Positions 1 through 8,669 of a stretch of DNA of 64,000 nt are shown piece by piece (within the stretch, counting starts at the first letter, position 1; the number at the start of each line of letters is the position of its first letter). The notes under the pieces were generated by a model. That model searched no databases, was not told the DNA's origin, and was given only the letters and a program-made list of their open reading frames with translations. The position numbers and the translations under genes are program-made. The stretch is from Bacillota bacterium (lineage in GTDB: Bacteria > Bacillota > JAAYKD01): NCBI GenBank assembly GCA_963666425.2, contig OY762825.2, forward strand, positions 1,248,001 through 1,312,000, given 5' to 3'.

Positions 1-150
1 TTGTTCACTGATTAACATACTCTGGTAGAGAATACTCAAATTGGCAGTCAGCATCACCAAAACGCCGATTGTTAATAAGCGAAAACGCCAGCGTACGATA
101 TTTTTGCCTGCCAACGGCCAGACTGCCAGTAGTGATTTAAGTTTATTCAT
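1..150 (-). CDS. FtsX/MacB-like ABC permease, subunit B paralogue (5' part only, runs off the window)
   Basis: Not in the ORF track. Manual translation MNKLKSLLAVWPLAGKNIVRWRFRLLTIGVLVMLTANLSILYQSMLISEQ aligns with the N-terminus of 1732..3276 (LAGKN..RW..RL; LY.SMLIS.Q). The ATG overlaps the upstream stop as ATGAATAA, as at 3269-3276. Confidence 0.85.
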   Translation of the reverse strand, partial: MNKLKSLLAVWPLAGKNIVRWRFRLLTIGVLVMLTANLSILYQSMLISEQ

Positions 151-1636
151 CGCGCAATACCCCCATGACCGACATGGAAGCGGATTTCAGTGCCGGGAAC
201 AAACCAAAAAATAGAGCAATCAGGGTAGTAGAACCAATGACCAAACCGTAGTTCTGTAAAACGCTGCTAAGAATTGATAAAAACGGATTCTGATTGGTGA
301 TTTGATTCAATATCGATTGGATCTCGACCAGAAGGAACCCCAGGCTTCCTCCTAAAATGGTGACCATCACAGCCTCTGTTAAAACCATCACTACAATATT
401 TTTCCGCATAGAACCGATTGCTTTCAGAATCGCCATCTCTCGTTTGCGCTCAGTCACCATAATCAGAATATTGGCTGCCACCAACAGCGCCGCATTCAAT
501 AAGATGAGCAGCAAAATCGGCAGGCGCAGATCCGCCGAGATCACGGCTTGCTGTTCACGCATCGTCTGGTTGCGCAGCTCTGTACTCACACTGGCGGGCA
601 AGGCCCGAAAAGCCGCTGCCGGTTCCAGAGAAAAATTGCGCAGCAACCGCTCTTCCGCTTTGGGTGCGCTGATGAACTGAAAATGCGGCATCTGATTGCT
701 GAGATCATAGACCGTATCTTCCAAGTAAGTTAAGCTGTTGATCTGGATACTGATTTGCTCGGGATAATAAGCAAGAGATTGACTGGCCTGATTCCAGAGC
801 TTCCACCAGTAACCTTGGGGCAAATAAAGCTCGCTGCTGTAGGCATAAATCTGTGCGGCGTCCGGCAACGCGGTGGCGGAATTTAAGTAGGTTACATAGC
901 GAGTGGGGATCGCGACAATGCCAATCACTTGCAGATCAACCGTTTGCCGCAGAGACCAGTGGGTCAGCAAGCGATCCTCGCTTCGTATGACGGCGGGAAG
1001 CTCCAGATGGAGCCAATCGCCGACTTTGATCGGGTTTTCGATGCCGGGTATCGACTGCGGTACCACGATGCAGTTGGAGTCCATTTCCGCTTCGGTAAAC
1101 CAATGCCCATCAATAATATATTCTTCCAGGGAATGATCTGCAGATTCTGCGCCGCTTGCTGATTTTCCCAGCAGAGAAACCGCTGTTTTTTCAACCTCCT
1201 GCGCAGAACCGATGGCGGCTCCGTCGACCCAGGCGGGCATTTGATAGATTGGATTGACTTCCTCAACACCCGCGACGGCACTGATGGCGGCTAAGTCGTT
1301 TTCCGAAAAGTAATTTGCCTGTTCTGCAAGCCGTAAGTAACCGGACTTGGTATATTCCGGATAATACATTCCGTAATCCGTGAAATCGCTCAGCGGCTGA
1401 TCGGTGAAGGTCCACCTTTCCCCTTGCTTCGGCATCTCGAGCGATAATCGCTCTGCATAGGCGATGATCTCTCCGCCATCCATGCGACGGACAAACTGGC
1501 CTGCCCCACCGGCATAGCCTTTTCCTAAGCTAACCGAATAGCTCAGGAAGGAAGCTGCCAGCGCCATGGACAAAATCGCCAACAGGCTGCGGGCCAGATT
1601 TCTCCAGGCATTGGTGACACCCAGTTTGAGAAACAT
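143..1636 (-). CDS. FtsX/MacB-like ABC transporter permease, subunit A copy 2
   Basis: NAWRN..RS.L N-terminus, TM1, large extracytoplasmic domain, ERKREMAILKAIG motif, three further TMs. GAGGGGG RBS. Confidence 0.88.
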   Translation of the reverse strand: MFLKLGVTNAWRNLARSLLAILSMALAASFLSYSVSLGKGYAGGAGQFVRRMDGGEIIAYAERLSLEMPKQGERWTFTDQPLSDFTDYGMYYPEYTKSGYLRLAEQANYFSENDLAAISAVAGVEEVNPIYQMPAWVDGAAIGSAQEVEKTAVSLLGKSASGAESADHSLEEYIIDGHWFTEAEMDSNCIVVPQSIPGIENPIKVGDWLHLELPAVIRSEDRLLTHWSLRQTVDLQVIGIVAIPTRYVTYLNSATALPDAAQIYAYSSELYLPQGYWWKLWNQASQSLAYYPEQISIQINSLTYLEDTVYDLSNQMPHFQFISAPKAEERLLRNFSLEPAAAFRALPASVSTELRNQTMREQQAVISADLRLPILLLILLNAALLVAANILIMVTERKREMAILKAIGSMRKNIVVMVLTEAVMVTILGGSLGFLLVEIQSILNQITNQNPFLSILSSVLQNYGLVIGSTTLIALFFGLFPALKSASMSVMGVLRDE

Positions 1637-1731
1637 GCGCTCATCCCCCTCATTTGTCTCAACCGACTTCCGGCTTCGGCTGCAGTTTTGCGACTTTTTC
1701 TTCGCTCTCTACTGCTTTTGGCGTTCTTATT

Positions 1732-3276
1732 CTAAAAGTCCGTTTTCGCCGAATCACTCTGTCTGGCAATATCCGCTGCATCCGGCAGAATCAGCAGCAT
1801 GCCGGAAAAAGGATCAAACTCCAAAAAACCATCACACGGCGCGATCCATTCTTTATAAACGAAGCCGGAGAAACTCTCCTGGATCACGAGAACCTCCCCC
1901 TGCTTGACATGTTCTCCCGGCTGCCTTAAGAAGCTGCCAAATAACTTGCCTTCTTCGACTTCCAACTGCAGCACCCGGACCTTGCGCTCTCTTTCCAAAC
2001 GCAGTTGCTGGGCGGTTGGTTTGACCAAATGATCCAAGCGTTCCACAATCAGCGGGATTTTTCGCTTATAAATCAATTGATTGACTGAGGCTAGTTTGGC
2101 CAGTAAGATTGGATACAATAAGCTGAGCGTTAAGACCAAGGCTGTAACGAAGAGATTCTGGATACTTAAATTCTCCAGAGTTCCCGGCGGCAGGCTCTGA
2201 TACCAGCTGAAGCGCGGGATCAGGACCCGCAAGACAAGTAAACTGCCAAACAAGCCCACAGCCGTGGCACATCCATACTCCGCTGTCAGCAAAAGGACGA
2301 TCTGCAGATTGCTGAAGCCGATGGATTTTAGGACAGCCAACTCTTTGCGCCGCTCCAGAAAGGTAATTAAGGAAAGCGTCAAGACACCAAAGCCCATAAA
2401 CAAATAAATCAGTAATAAAATCCAAACTGAAGGCGCCTGCACCTTTGTTGTTAACTGCTGCGTTCGATTTTGAGCGATCCATTCATAAAGAAAAAGCGCT
2501 CCGGGATAGACCTGCTGCATATTTTCTTCCAACCCGGTGGCATGGGTTAGCAATTCATTGCAAAATAACAATTGCCGATTGGGCACTGAGAGTGAGAAAA
2601 GGCGCATTGCATCCTCAAAGAGCATCAGCGGCTGGGCTAAATCGTCTTCCGTGTCATAGATACCGCAGATATGGAATTCGCTGTCGATTTGGATCCCGGA
2701 CGGATTGATCACGCGCATCCGAAGCGAGTCGCCAACGCTAAGTTGATACGCGGCGGCTTCCTCGGCGGGTATCAGCAAATCTCCTGTTTGCTTGAGCCAA
2801 GCGCCAGTTAATTGCTCTGCAGAAAATTGAAAGACCGCCGTATCCTGCCGTACCCCCAGGATGTCCCAGCGATTGTAGGCGGTATCGGCAAGCCCTCCGG
2901 CTGCCGATTCGGCGTAACGGAACGCGGTTGGAACACTGGGAATTTCAAAAGTAAATTCTTTCCAACGGTTTTGCTCCCAAGAATAAGACGTTTTGACGAT
3001 TAACTTGGAATCCAGTGGTTTCGGCAGTTCTGCCAGATCGAGCGGTTCCATATTTTCCGGCAGTTTAATCAATAAATCATAGGGTAATTCCAATTTCTCT
3101 ACTTCCGCGCCGGATTTTGCCTGTTGGCTGATCAGCATACTATGATATAGGACGTTCAGGGTGGTGGTCAGCAGGACTAAAACCGCGATGACGGCGAGTC
3201 TGCCCCACCAGCGCTGCATATTCTTGCCTGCCAATTTCACTAAGGCTGCCGCGCGATTCCGATTGGCTTTATTCAT
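1732..3276 (-). CDS. FtsX/MacB-like ABC permease subunit B with C-terminal lipoyl/biotinyl-like domain
   Basis: ERRKELAVLKSIG motif and 4-TM layout. C-terminal PGEHVKQGEVLV...IAPCDG. Start moved to the ATG at 3276, which overlaps the upstream stop. Confidence 0.85.
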   Translation of the reverse strand: MNKANRNRAAALVKLAGKNMQRWWGRLAVIAVLVLLTTTLNVLYHSMLISQQAKSGAEVEKLELPYDLLIKLPENMEPLDLAELPKPLDSKLIVKTSYSWEQNRWKEFTFEIPSVPTAFRYAESAAGGLADTAYNRWDILGVRQDTAVFQFSAEQLTGAWLKQTGDLLIPAEEAAAYQLSVGDSLRMRVINPSGIQIDSEFHICGIYDTEDDLAQPLMLFEDAMRLFSLSVPNRQLLFCNELLTHATGLEENMQQVYPGALFLYEWIAQNRTQQLTTKVQAPSVWILLLIYLFMGFGVLTLSLITFLERRKELAVLKSIGFSNLQIVLLLTAEYGCATAVGLFGSLLVLRVLIPRFSWYQSLPPGTLENLSIQNLFVTALVLTLSLLYPILLAKLASVNQLIYKRKIPLIVERLDHLVKPTAQQLRLERERKVRVLQLEVEEGKLFGSFLRQPGEHVKQGEVLVIQESFSGFVYKEWIAPCDGFLEFDPFSGMLLILPDAADIARQSDSAKTDF

Positions 3277-4756
3277 CTCGCAGCACCTCCATGACAGATT
3301 TAGAAGCAATCTGCAAGCCGGGAATCAGAGCGAAAATTGCCGCACTTCCACATGTAATCAGCAATACAAGCAGGTAATTCAACAGCAAACTGCCTAAAAT
3401 CTGGCTAGCATTGGCCAGATTGCTCAATTGATTTAATACACTGGGAATGCTTATTATCAGATAACCGCTGCTCGCGCCCAGGAAGGTAATGGTCATCGCC
3501 TCTGTCACGATCATTTGGGTAATATCGCGACGCCGGGCACCGATTGATTTCAGTACCGCCATTTCCCGCTTGCGCTCGATGATGAGAATGAGAATATTGG
3601 CGCAGAGCAATAAAGCCGCATTGAACAAGACCAAAGCAACAATCGGCAGCCGCAAGTCCGCCGCGATGACCCCCTGGCTGTCGTTGGATTTTGTTTCTTT
3701 CAGCGCGGCCAGCCGTGCCGGCGGTATTCTGCTGAAGGCCTGCTGTGGCTCCAGTAAAAATTGATTCAGCATCCAATCGTTCAGGGTTGGCACACTGTTG
3801 ATCTGAATGTTGGGCAGCTGTTCTCTTAAGCTGTAGACAACATCCTCTAAATAGGTCAGATCATCCACCTGCACTACATACTGTTCCGGTAAATAAGCGA
3901 GCGTTCCGGCCACTTGCTGCCAGATGGCCTGCCAGGTAGCCAAAGGAAGATAAATATCGTTATGATAACCCTGGATTTGTTCTGTCTTCAATTCTCCCAT
4001 GGTAAAAAAATCGACATCACGGGTATGCAGAGCAACGGTGCCAATTACTTTCAGCTCAATTTCTGTTGTGGCCAGCCAATTAAAACGCAAACCCTGCTCT
4101 CCCTGTATGACCTGAGGAATTTCTATTTTCAGTGTATCGCCGGTCGTCAACGGCTTGACTCCCGACGGCAGCAATTGATTAGAAGCAACCACCGCCACGA
4201 AACTGCCGTCGTCTGTCTCCTGCAGCCAGCGCCCGCTGCTGATCATACCGGCTAAACTGCGTTCCTCGCTGGTTTCCTGCGATAAATCCTTGCCATAAAG
4301 CGAGTTCGCCACGGTTTCCCTCACGCCATGTTCCGATTGATATTGACTATAAATGGGCAGGCGATGGACCGGGTAAACCCCCGTGATACTTTGGTTCTGC
4401 CGTAATACCGTTGCGATGGATTTCCACGCCGTCTCGTCCATTGGGTTGTTGGCCATATAACCGGATTGTTCGTATTTTGAATAGAAAAAATTTAAGTCCG
4501 TCAAAGGGCTGAGCGCCTCCAGACGAAACTGCCAATCTTGCTTGCTGCCGGGTTGCTCGCTGATTAGTTTCTGACGATAAATGGTAATCTCTCCGCCCAG
4601 CATTTGACGTAAAGGCTGACCTGCACCTTGGCTATAACCACGACCCAACGTGAGAAGATAGGCCAGAAAAGCAGCCGCAAATGCCATGGAAATAATCGCC
4701 AATAAGCTGCGGGTCAAATTTCGCCAGGCATTGATGAATCCTAATTGATAGAACAT
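3269..4756 (-). CDS. FtsX/MacB-like ABC transporter permease, subunit A copy 1
   Basis: NAWRNLTRSLL and ERKREMAVLKSIG; paralogous to 143..1636 throughout. GAGGTG RBS before ATG 4756. Confidence 0.88.
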   Translation of the reverse strand: MFYQLGFINAWRNLTRSLLAIISMAFAAAFLAYLLTLGRGYSQGAGQPLRQMLGGEITIYRQKLISEQPGSKQDWQFRLEALSPLTDLNFFYSKYEQSGYMANNPMDETAWKSIATVLRQNQSITGVYPVHRLPIYSQYQSEHGVRETVANSLYGKDLSQETSEERSLAGMISSGRWLQETDDGSFVAVVASNQLLPSGVKPLTTGDTLKIEIPQVIQGEQGLRFNWLATTEIELKVIGTVALHTRDVDFFTMGELKTEQIQGYHNDIYLPLATWQAIWQQVAGTLAYLPEQYVVQVDDLTYLEDVVYSLREQLPNIQINSVPTLNDWMLNQFLLEPQQAFSRIPPARLAALKETKSNDSQGVIAADLRLPIVALVLFNAALLLCANILILIIERKREMAVLKSIGARRRDITQMIVTEAMTITFLGASSGYLIISIPSVLNQLSNLANASQILGSLLLNYLLVLLITCGSAAIFALIPGLQIASKSVMEVLRDE

Positions 4757-5508
4757 GCGTTCACCTCTTCGCATTGATGATGGATATTGCCAAATATTCT
4801 CTATGTTATAAAAAAAGAGGGTAGAATATCAATTTCATTTAATATAGCATTATATTTTATTAGATTATTCCATCAGTATCCTGGTTTTCCCTTTTAGCAA
4901 AATCGATTCGGAGAAAATTTAATACGCTCGCTGCCAGGCAAAATGCAGTTTATAAAATGAAATCCGACAGAACAGCCAATTATGTTTTCTTAGAAAGCAT
5001 ATTTATACTATTTTATGAATTTTTGTGGGGGGTATGCAATAAATTCTGAGAAGGCTGCTTTTTGATCTTCTTTTCTTTCGCTTCGTATGTTTTATTTACA
5101 ATATCAAAATTTTATGTAGGATCTGACAACATGAAAACAGAAAAAGTGACAGACTCGCTGGCTGATCAGCGAATCAGCTAAGGAAGCATTGTCTGCCGGT
5201 AGCAGAGGCGTTGCGGCGAATATTCTTGAATTTTACCTATACACTAAAACAAAATCACAGTGCTTTGTTTCCAATCTCTTCATCGCACATGCAAGAAAAT
5301 GTTACCTTCTAAAAATTCATACGCTTCTTTTGTGCTTATCAAAAGAAATTGATCGATCGGAAGGAGAGTAATTCTCTGCCATAGAAATACAGATTTAGGG
5401 AAAATACTCCGATCAAAATCCTGTTCTCAGCAGGTATTATCTCGAATCATCGAGAAAATCACGTTTTTACGTAAGCAGACCAACTGAATAAAAGGAGGAA
5501 GTATTTTT

Positions 5509-5937
5509 ATGGCGATTGCATATGCTTACATCCCGGAGGGATATTCTCCAAAACAAAAACAGATTCTGATTCAGGGGACCAAAAAAGCCTGTATGGAAGG
5601 TTTTGGCGTATCGGAAGATCATTCGTTTGTATCGATCCAAGAGATCAAGAAAGAAAACATGGATGAACAGACGGCTACGATGAAATGCCTGTTTGTTTAC
5701 ACCACATTTGGCAAGACACCTGAGGGAAAAAACATCATCTGTAAAGGGTTTGACGAGGCTTGCGCCGCGGCGTTTGGCCAAGACAAGGGACGCACCATTG
5801 TGATTATCAAAGAACACGGCAATGACAATGCCGGCTCCAACGGTTTCTTGCGGCCTTTCAATCCAAACTATGCCGACTACGTCAAAAATCAAGAGGAAAT
5901 GGAAGCAATCGCGAAAGCGAAAGCTTTGACTCTATAG
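5509..5937 (+). CDS. tautomerase-superfamily protein (two fused beta-alpha-beta units), lacking Pro-1
   Basis: Two 4-OT-like units (G-YS-PKQKQ.L...V.I.E and G-KT-PEGK..I...V.I.E). Strong AAGGAGG RBS. Confidence 0.72.
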   Translation: MAIAYAYIPEGYSPKQKQILIQGTKKACMEGFGVSEDHSFVSIQEIKKENMDEQTATMKCLFVYTTFGKTPEGKNIICKGFDEACAAAFGQDKGRTIVIIKEHGNDNAGSNGFLRPFNPNYADYVKNQEEMEAIAKAKALTL

Positions 5938-5948
5938 AAATAGCTACA

Positions 5949-5988
5949 AAACGAGCTTTCCAAGCGAAACCGCATGGAAAGCTCGTTT
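5949..5988 (+). terminator. intrinsic terminator-like hairpin after the tautomerase gene
   Basis: 14-bp stem AAACGAGCTTTCCA / TGGAAAGCTCGTTT. Confidence 0.75.
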
Positions 5989-6171
5989 GTTCATTTCTAA
6001 GCAGTTTTCCGAAAAAGGTCATAAATACAGGGACTGTTTTTAAATTGAAAATCTTATTTTTCGCCAGTCGACAAAGTTGATGATTTCGCAGCCGATTTTC
6101 TGAAGTTTGGCATCAACCCAGGGGCGTGGGTAAGTTTTGTTTCGATTTTACCTTTCAATGGTCTCTGCTTT

Positions 6172-6612
6172 TTATTGCTTTCTTTCCCGTAAAGATAGGA
6201 CAAGCATAACAACAGCAAGTGGAAGCATAATATAGTTTGCTATTCCACCGGGTGGTGTACCATTTAACAAAATCGGCGATTTCATCTGGCCAACCGCCAT
6301 TCTGCCAATGGTTTCAACGAACAGAATGATATAAAACAAAGGGATTAGTGTCCTATACCGAAAAGCCACTAACACTTGAATCAAAGCATAGAGTAATTGT
6401 GATAGACCCCAAAGTCCGAAGGCAAATATAATATTTTTGGTACCTTGTGATAAATCCAGACCCGCAATCGTGCCTGCGCCTCCGTCTGGAGAAAGAAAAT
6501 GGACGAACGACCTTCCTAAGCTTAGAAAGGATAAAATCATAAACACATACAAAGCAATTTTACTGCCTTTGTAGTTACCATCTGCGCTCTTAGGAAATAT
6601 TTTATTCAGCAT
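6172..6612 (-). CDS. small hypothetical membrane protein (about 4 TM)
   Basis: 146-aa ORF with four hydrophobic segments and a GAGG RBS; follows the glycosylase gene on the same strand. Confidence 0.75.
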   Translation of the reverse strand: MLNKIFPKSADGNYKGSKIALYVFMILSFLSLGRSFVHFLSPDGGAGTIAGLDLSQGTKNIIFAFGLWGLSQLLYALIQVLVAFRYRTLIPLFYIILFVETIGRMAVGQMKSPILLNGTPPGGIANYIMLPLAVVMLVLSLRERKQ

Positions 6613-6635
6613 CTTTTTTTCCTCTCTGAATCATT

Positions 6636-7301
6636 TCATTGATCGCGTCCGCAACCTGCTGTGGCCAAGGGGACGGGGGTGTTGGCACAGACTGATGAAA
6701 AAGGGCAGCCATTGCATCGCGGCTGCTTTTTGCAGTGCTTTTTACCGTGATCGAGCAACAGCCAGTGATAACGGCCAAAAACCGCTGCATCCGGTTCGAT
6801 ACCGTCTGCCAGAAAAGCGCGTCGCTCGGCGTCACTCGCAAAGCAATAACCCATCCGCTGCAAAAAGCGCCTGGTATAGGTATCGATCACAAAGGATGCT
6901 TTAACCAAAGCAAAAGTCAGGATGACATCCGCTGTCTCTTCGCCAATGCCGCGAATTGCTAATAGTTCCCGGCGTAAATCTGCCATGGGTATTTGCTTTA
7001 CGCGGCTAAAATCATATTCGTACTGTACCAGCCATGCGGTGAGTGCTTTAATTGCTGTGGCCTTCGCACGCCAAAAGCCACAGGAACTGATTAATTCTTG
7101 CAGTTCTTGCTGAGAACATACTTCAACGAAGCGCGGGTCATAGCGTTCGCCAATTGCTAACCGTGTCTTCAAAACATTATTCCATGCCGTGTTCTGAACC
7201 AGGATGGATTCCATCATGACTTGGTAAGGGTTGGCTGACCATGTTGGCGGAGTGCCATAATAACGATGCAGTTGCTGATAAATTTCTTGCGATGGCAGCA
7301 T
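6636..7301 (-). CDS. endonuclease III-related HhH-GPD DNA glycosylase with [4Fe-4S] motif
   Basis: ILVQNTAW, HhH LLAIRGIGEETAD, FVIDTY, and C-X6-C-X2-C-X5-C at the C-terminus. Confidence 0.88.
   Translation of the reverse strand: MLPSQEIYQQLHRYYGTPPTWSANPYQVMMESILVQNTAWNNVLKTRLAIGERYDPRFVEVCSQQELQELISSCGFWRAKATAIKALTAWLVQYEYDFSRVKQIPMADLRRELLAIRGIGEETADVILTFALVKASFVIDTYTRRFLQRMGYCFASDAERRAFLADGIEPDAAVFGRYHWLLLDHGKKHCKKQPRCNGCPFSSVCANTPVPLATAGCGRDQ
6665..6689 (-). repeat. 25-bp REP-like repeat, copy 1 (inside the glycosylase 3' end)
   Basis: CCAAGGGGACGGGGGTGTTGGCACA is the exact reverse complement of 7436-7460. Confidence 0.9.
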
Positions 7302-7435
7302 TTTACTTCCTCACTTAAAGCTCTGGATTCTCTTTTTAATATTCTCATCTATTATAACAGGATGAAGCCATTTTTCAACCAAAAGGTGCGATTTCGCCGA
7401 TCGTTTCTGAATCTATTTCACTCGCTCCGCACTCT

Positions 7436-7460
7436 TGTGCCAACACCCCCGTCCCCTTGG
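7436..7460 (+). repeat. 25-bp REP-like repeat, copy 2
   Basis: TGTGCCAACACCCCCGTCCCCTTGG, 25/25 identical to copy 1 in inverted orientation. Confidence 0.9.
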
Positions 7461-7477
7461 AACATTTTTATAACCTA

Positions 7478-7506
7478 TTGACAAGCAACTGTATCACTAC
7501 TATAAT
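7478..7506 (+). promoter_or_regulatory. consensus sigma-A promoter of the GntR/ABC operon
   Basis: TTGACA (7478-7483), 17-bp spacer, TATAAT (7501-7506). Confidence 0.9.
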
Positions 7507-7545
7507 ACGCTTAAGAACTGTGTTATAGAAGTGATACAGTTGCTT
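7483..7545. promoter_or_regulatory. YtrA-type operator (two boxes arranged as a long inverted repeat)
   Basis: 16-bp perfect arms AAGCAACTGTATCACT / AGTGATACAGTTGCTT. Each half resembles a TGTA...ATACA YtrA box, and the repeat overlaps the promoter. Confidence 0.8.
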
Positions 7546-7563
7546 TCTTTGGAGGTGATCTGT

Positions 7564-7947
7564 GTGATATCTTTTGAACAATTCATCATGGAAGACGGGA
7601 TACCCCTCTATATGCAGATCCTTCTTTTTATCAAGCGCGGTGTCGTAGCCGGGAATATTCAGCATGGCGACGAATTGCCCTCTCGGCGAATGCTCTCTGC
7701 TTTACTGGGAGTTAACCCGAATACAGTGCAAAAAGCGTATAAGCTGCTGGAAGACGAAGGATTGATTCGCTCACAAACCGGAGCGGCTTCTACCATGCAC
7801 CTGGATAAAAACAAGATCGAATTGGTGCGCCGCGATTTATTGGAAAGCGATGCCCGCAATGTGATTCGCGCCATGCGGCAAATGGGGCTCAGCCGGGAAG
7901 AGGCTATCCATTTAATAGAACTCTACTGGAACGAGGTGGAATCATGA
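7564..7947 (+). CDS. GntR family transcriptional regulator (YtrA subfamily)
   Basis: PLYMQI...LPSRRMLS..LGVNPNTVQKAY winged HTH with a short C-terminal domain. GGAGGTG RBS before GTG 7564. Confidence 0.92.
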   Translation: MISFEQFIMEDGIPLYMQILLFIKRGVVAGNIQHGDELPSRRMLSALLGVNPNTVQKAYKLLEDEGLIRSQTGAASTMHLDKNKIELVRRDLLESDARNVIRAMRQMGLSREEAIHLIELYWNEVES

Positions 7948-8669
7948 AGAAAGATCTTTCGGTGCTGATGCTTCTGGTGCGCAATTCTTTCTGGCGGGTC
8001 AGCGGTGTGATACTGATTATGCTAGTTTTTGAAATTTCCCATTTCTTCGCAGACCCCGCCCTTGTGCATGGCTATACGATTAGTCTGGATGAACTCTTGC
8101 AGGGTAAAATGATTGGACTGAATTTTTTCTTGGGTTCATACTGGCTAATTAGGGTTTTGATTTCTTTTGGGAGCGATATAAAAAGCAAAGAATCCTATAC
8201 CCTTCGACGTTTGCAAATCTCGGAACGCAGAGTTTGGTTTTTGCAGGTAATCTATCACACAGGATGCTTTTTAGTGCTCTATATAGCAGATGCATGGCTA
8301 ATCGTTTTATTCTATCGCTATTATTTAATCCACAGCGCTGTTCAACCTTGGAGCGAACAGACACTCTGGTTAGCGATAAAACAGAATCCATTTTCCCATA
8401 GTTTGTTACCCTTACAAAATACTTTGGGATGGCTGCGTAATTTCACACTGATTCTTGGTTTTGGAGTGACCTCGGCTTCAGAACCCATAGCCAATCGCAG
8501 GAATCAATCTGCTTTTCTGGTATATCCATTACAATTTTTGGCAATCCTCGCCTTTTTGCTCAAAATCAATACTTGGCAGTTCGATCTATTGATCACTGTA
8601 GTTGCAATTTCGTTAGCTGGTTATGCAGTCTATTATGTTTGGAAGGGAGAGAAAAAACATGATTCGTAA
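7944..8669 (+). CDS. putative ABC transporter permease (Ytr-like)
   Basis: About 6 TMs; ATGA overlap with gntR; in an operon with an ATPase. Confidence 0.72.
   Translation: MKKDLSVLMLLVRNSFWRVSGVILIMLVFEISHFFADPALVHGYTISLDELLQGKMIGLNFFLGSYWLIRVLISFGSDIKSKESYTLRRLQISERRVWFLQVIYHTGCFLVLYIADAWLIVLFYRYYLIHSAVQPWSEQTLWLAIKQNPFSHSLLPLQNTLGWLRNFTLILGFGVTSASEPIANRRNQSAFLVYPLQFLAILAFLLKINTWQFDLLITVVAISLAGYAVYYVWKGEKKHDS

Noticed and set aside
4775-5500. Long intergenic region with short ORFs, considered as a riboswitch or sRNA locus
   Set aside because: No recognisable riboswitch or T-box consensus and no convincing RBS. It is consistent with divergent promoters.
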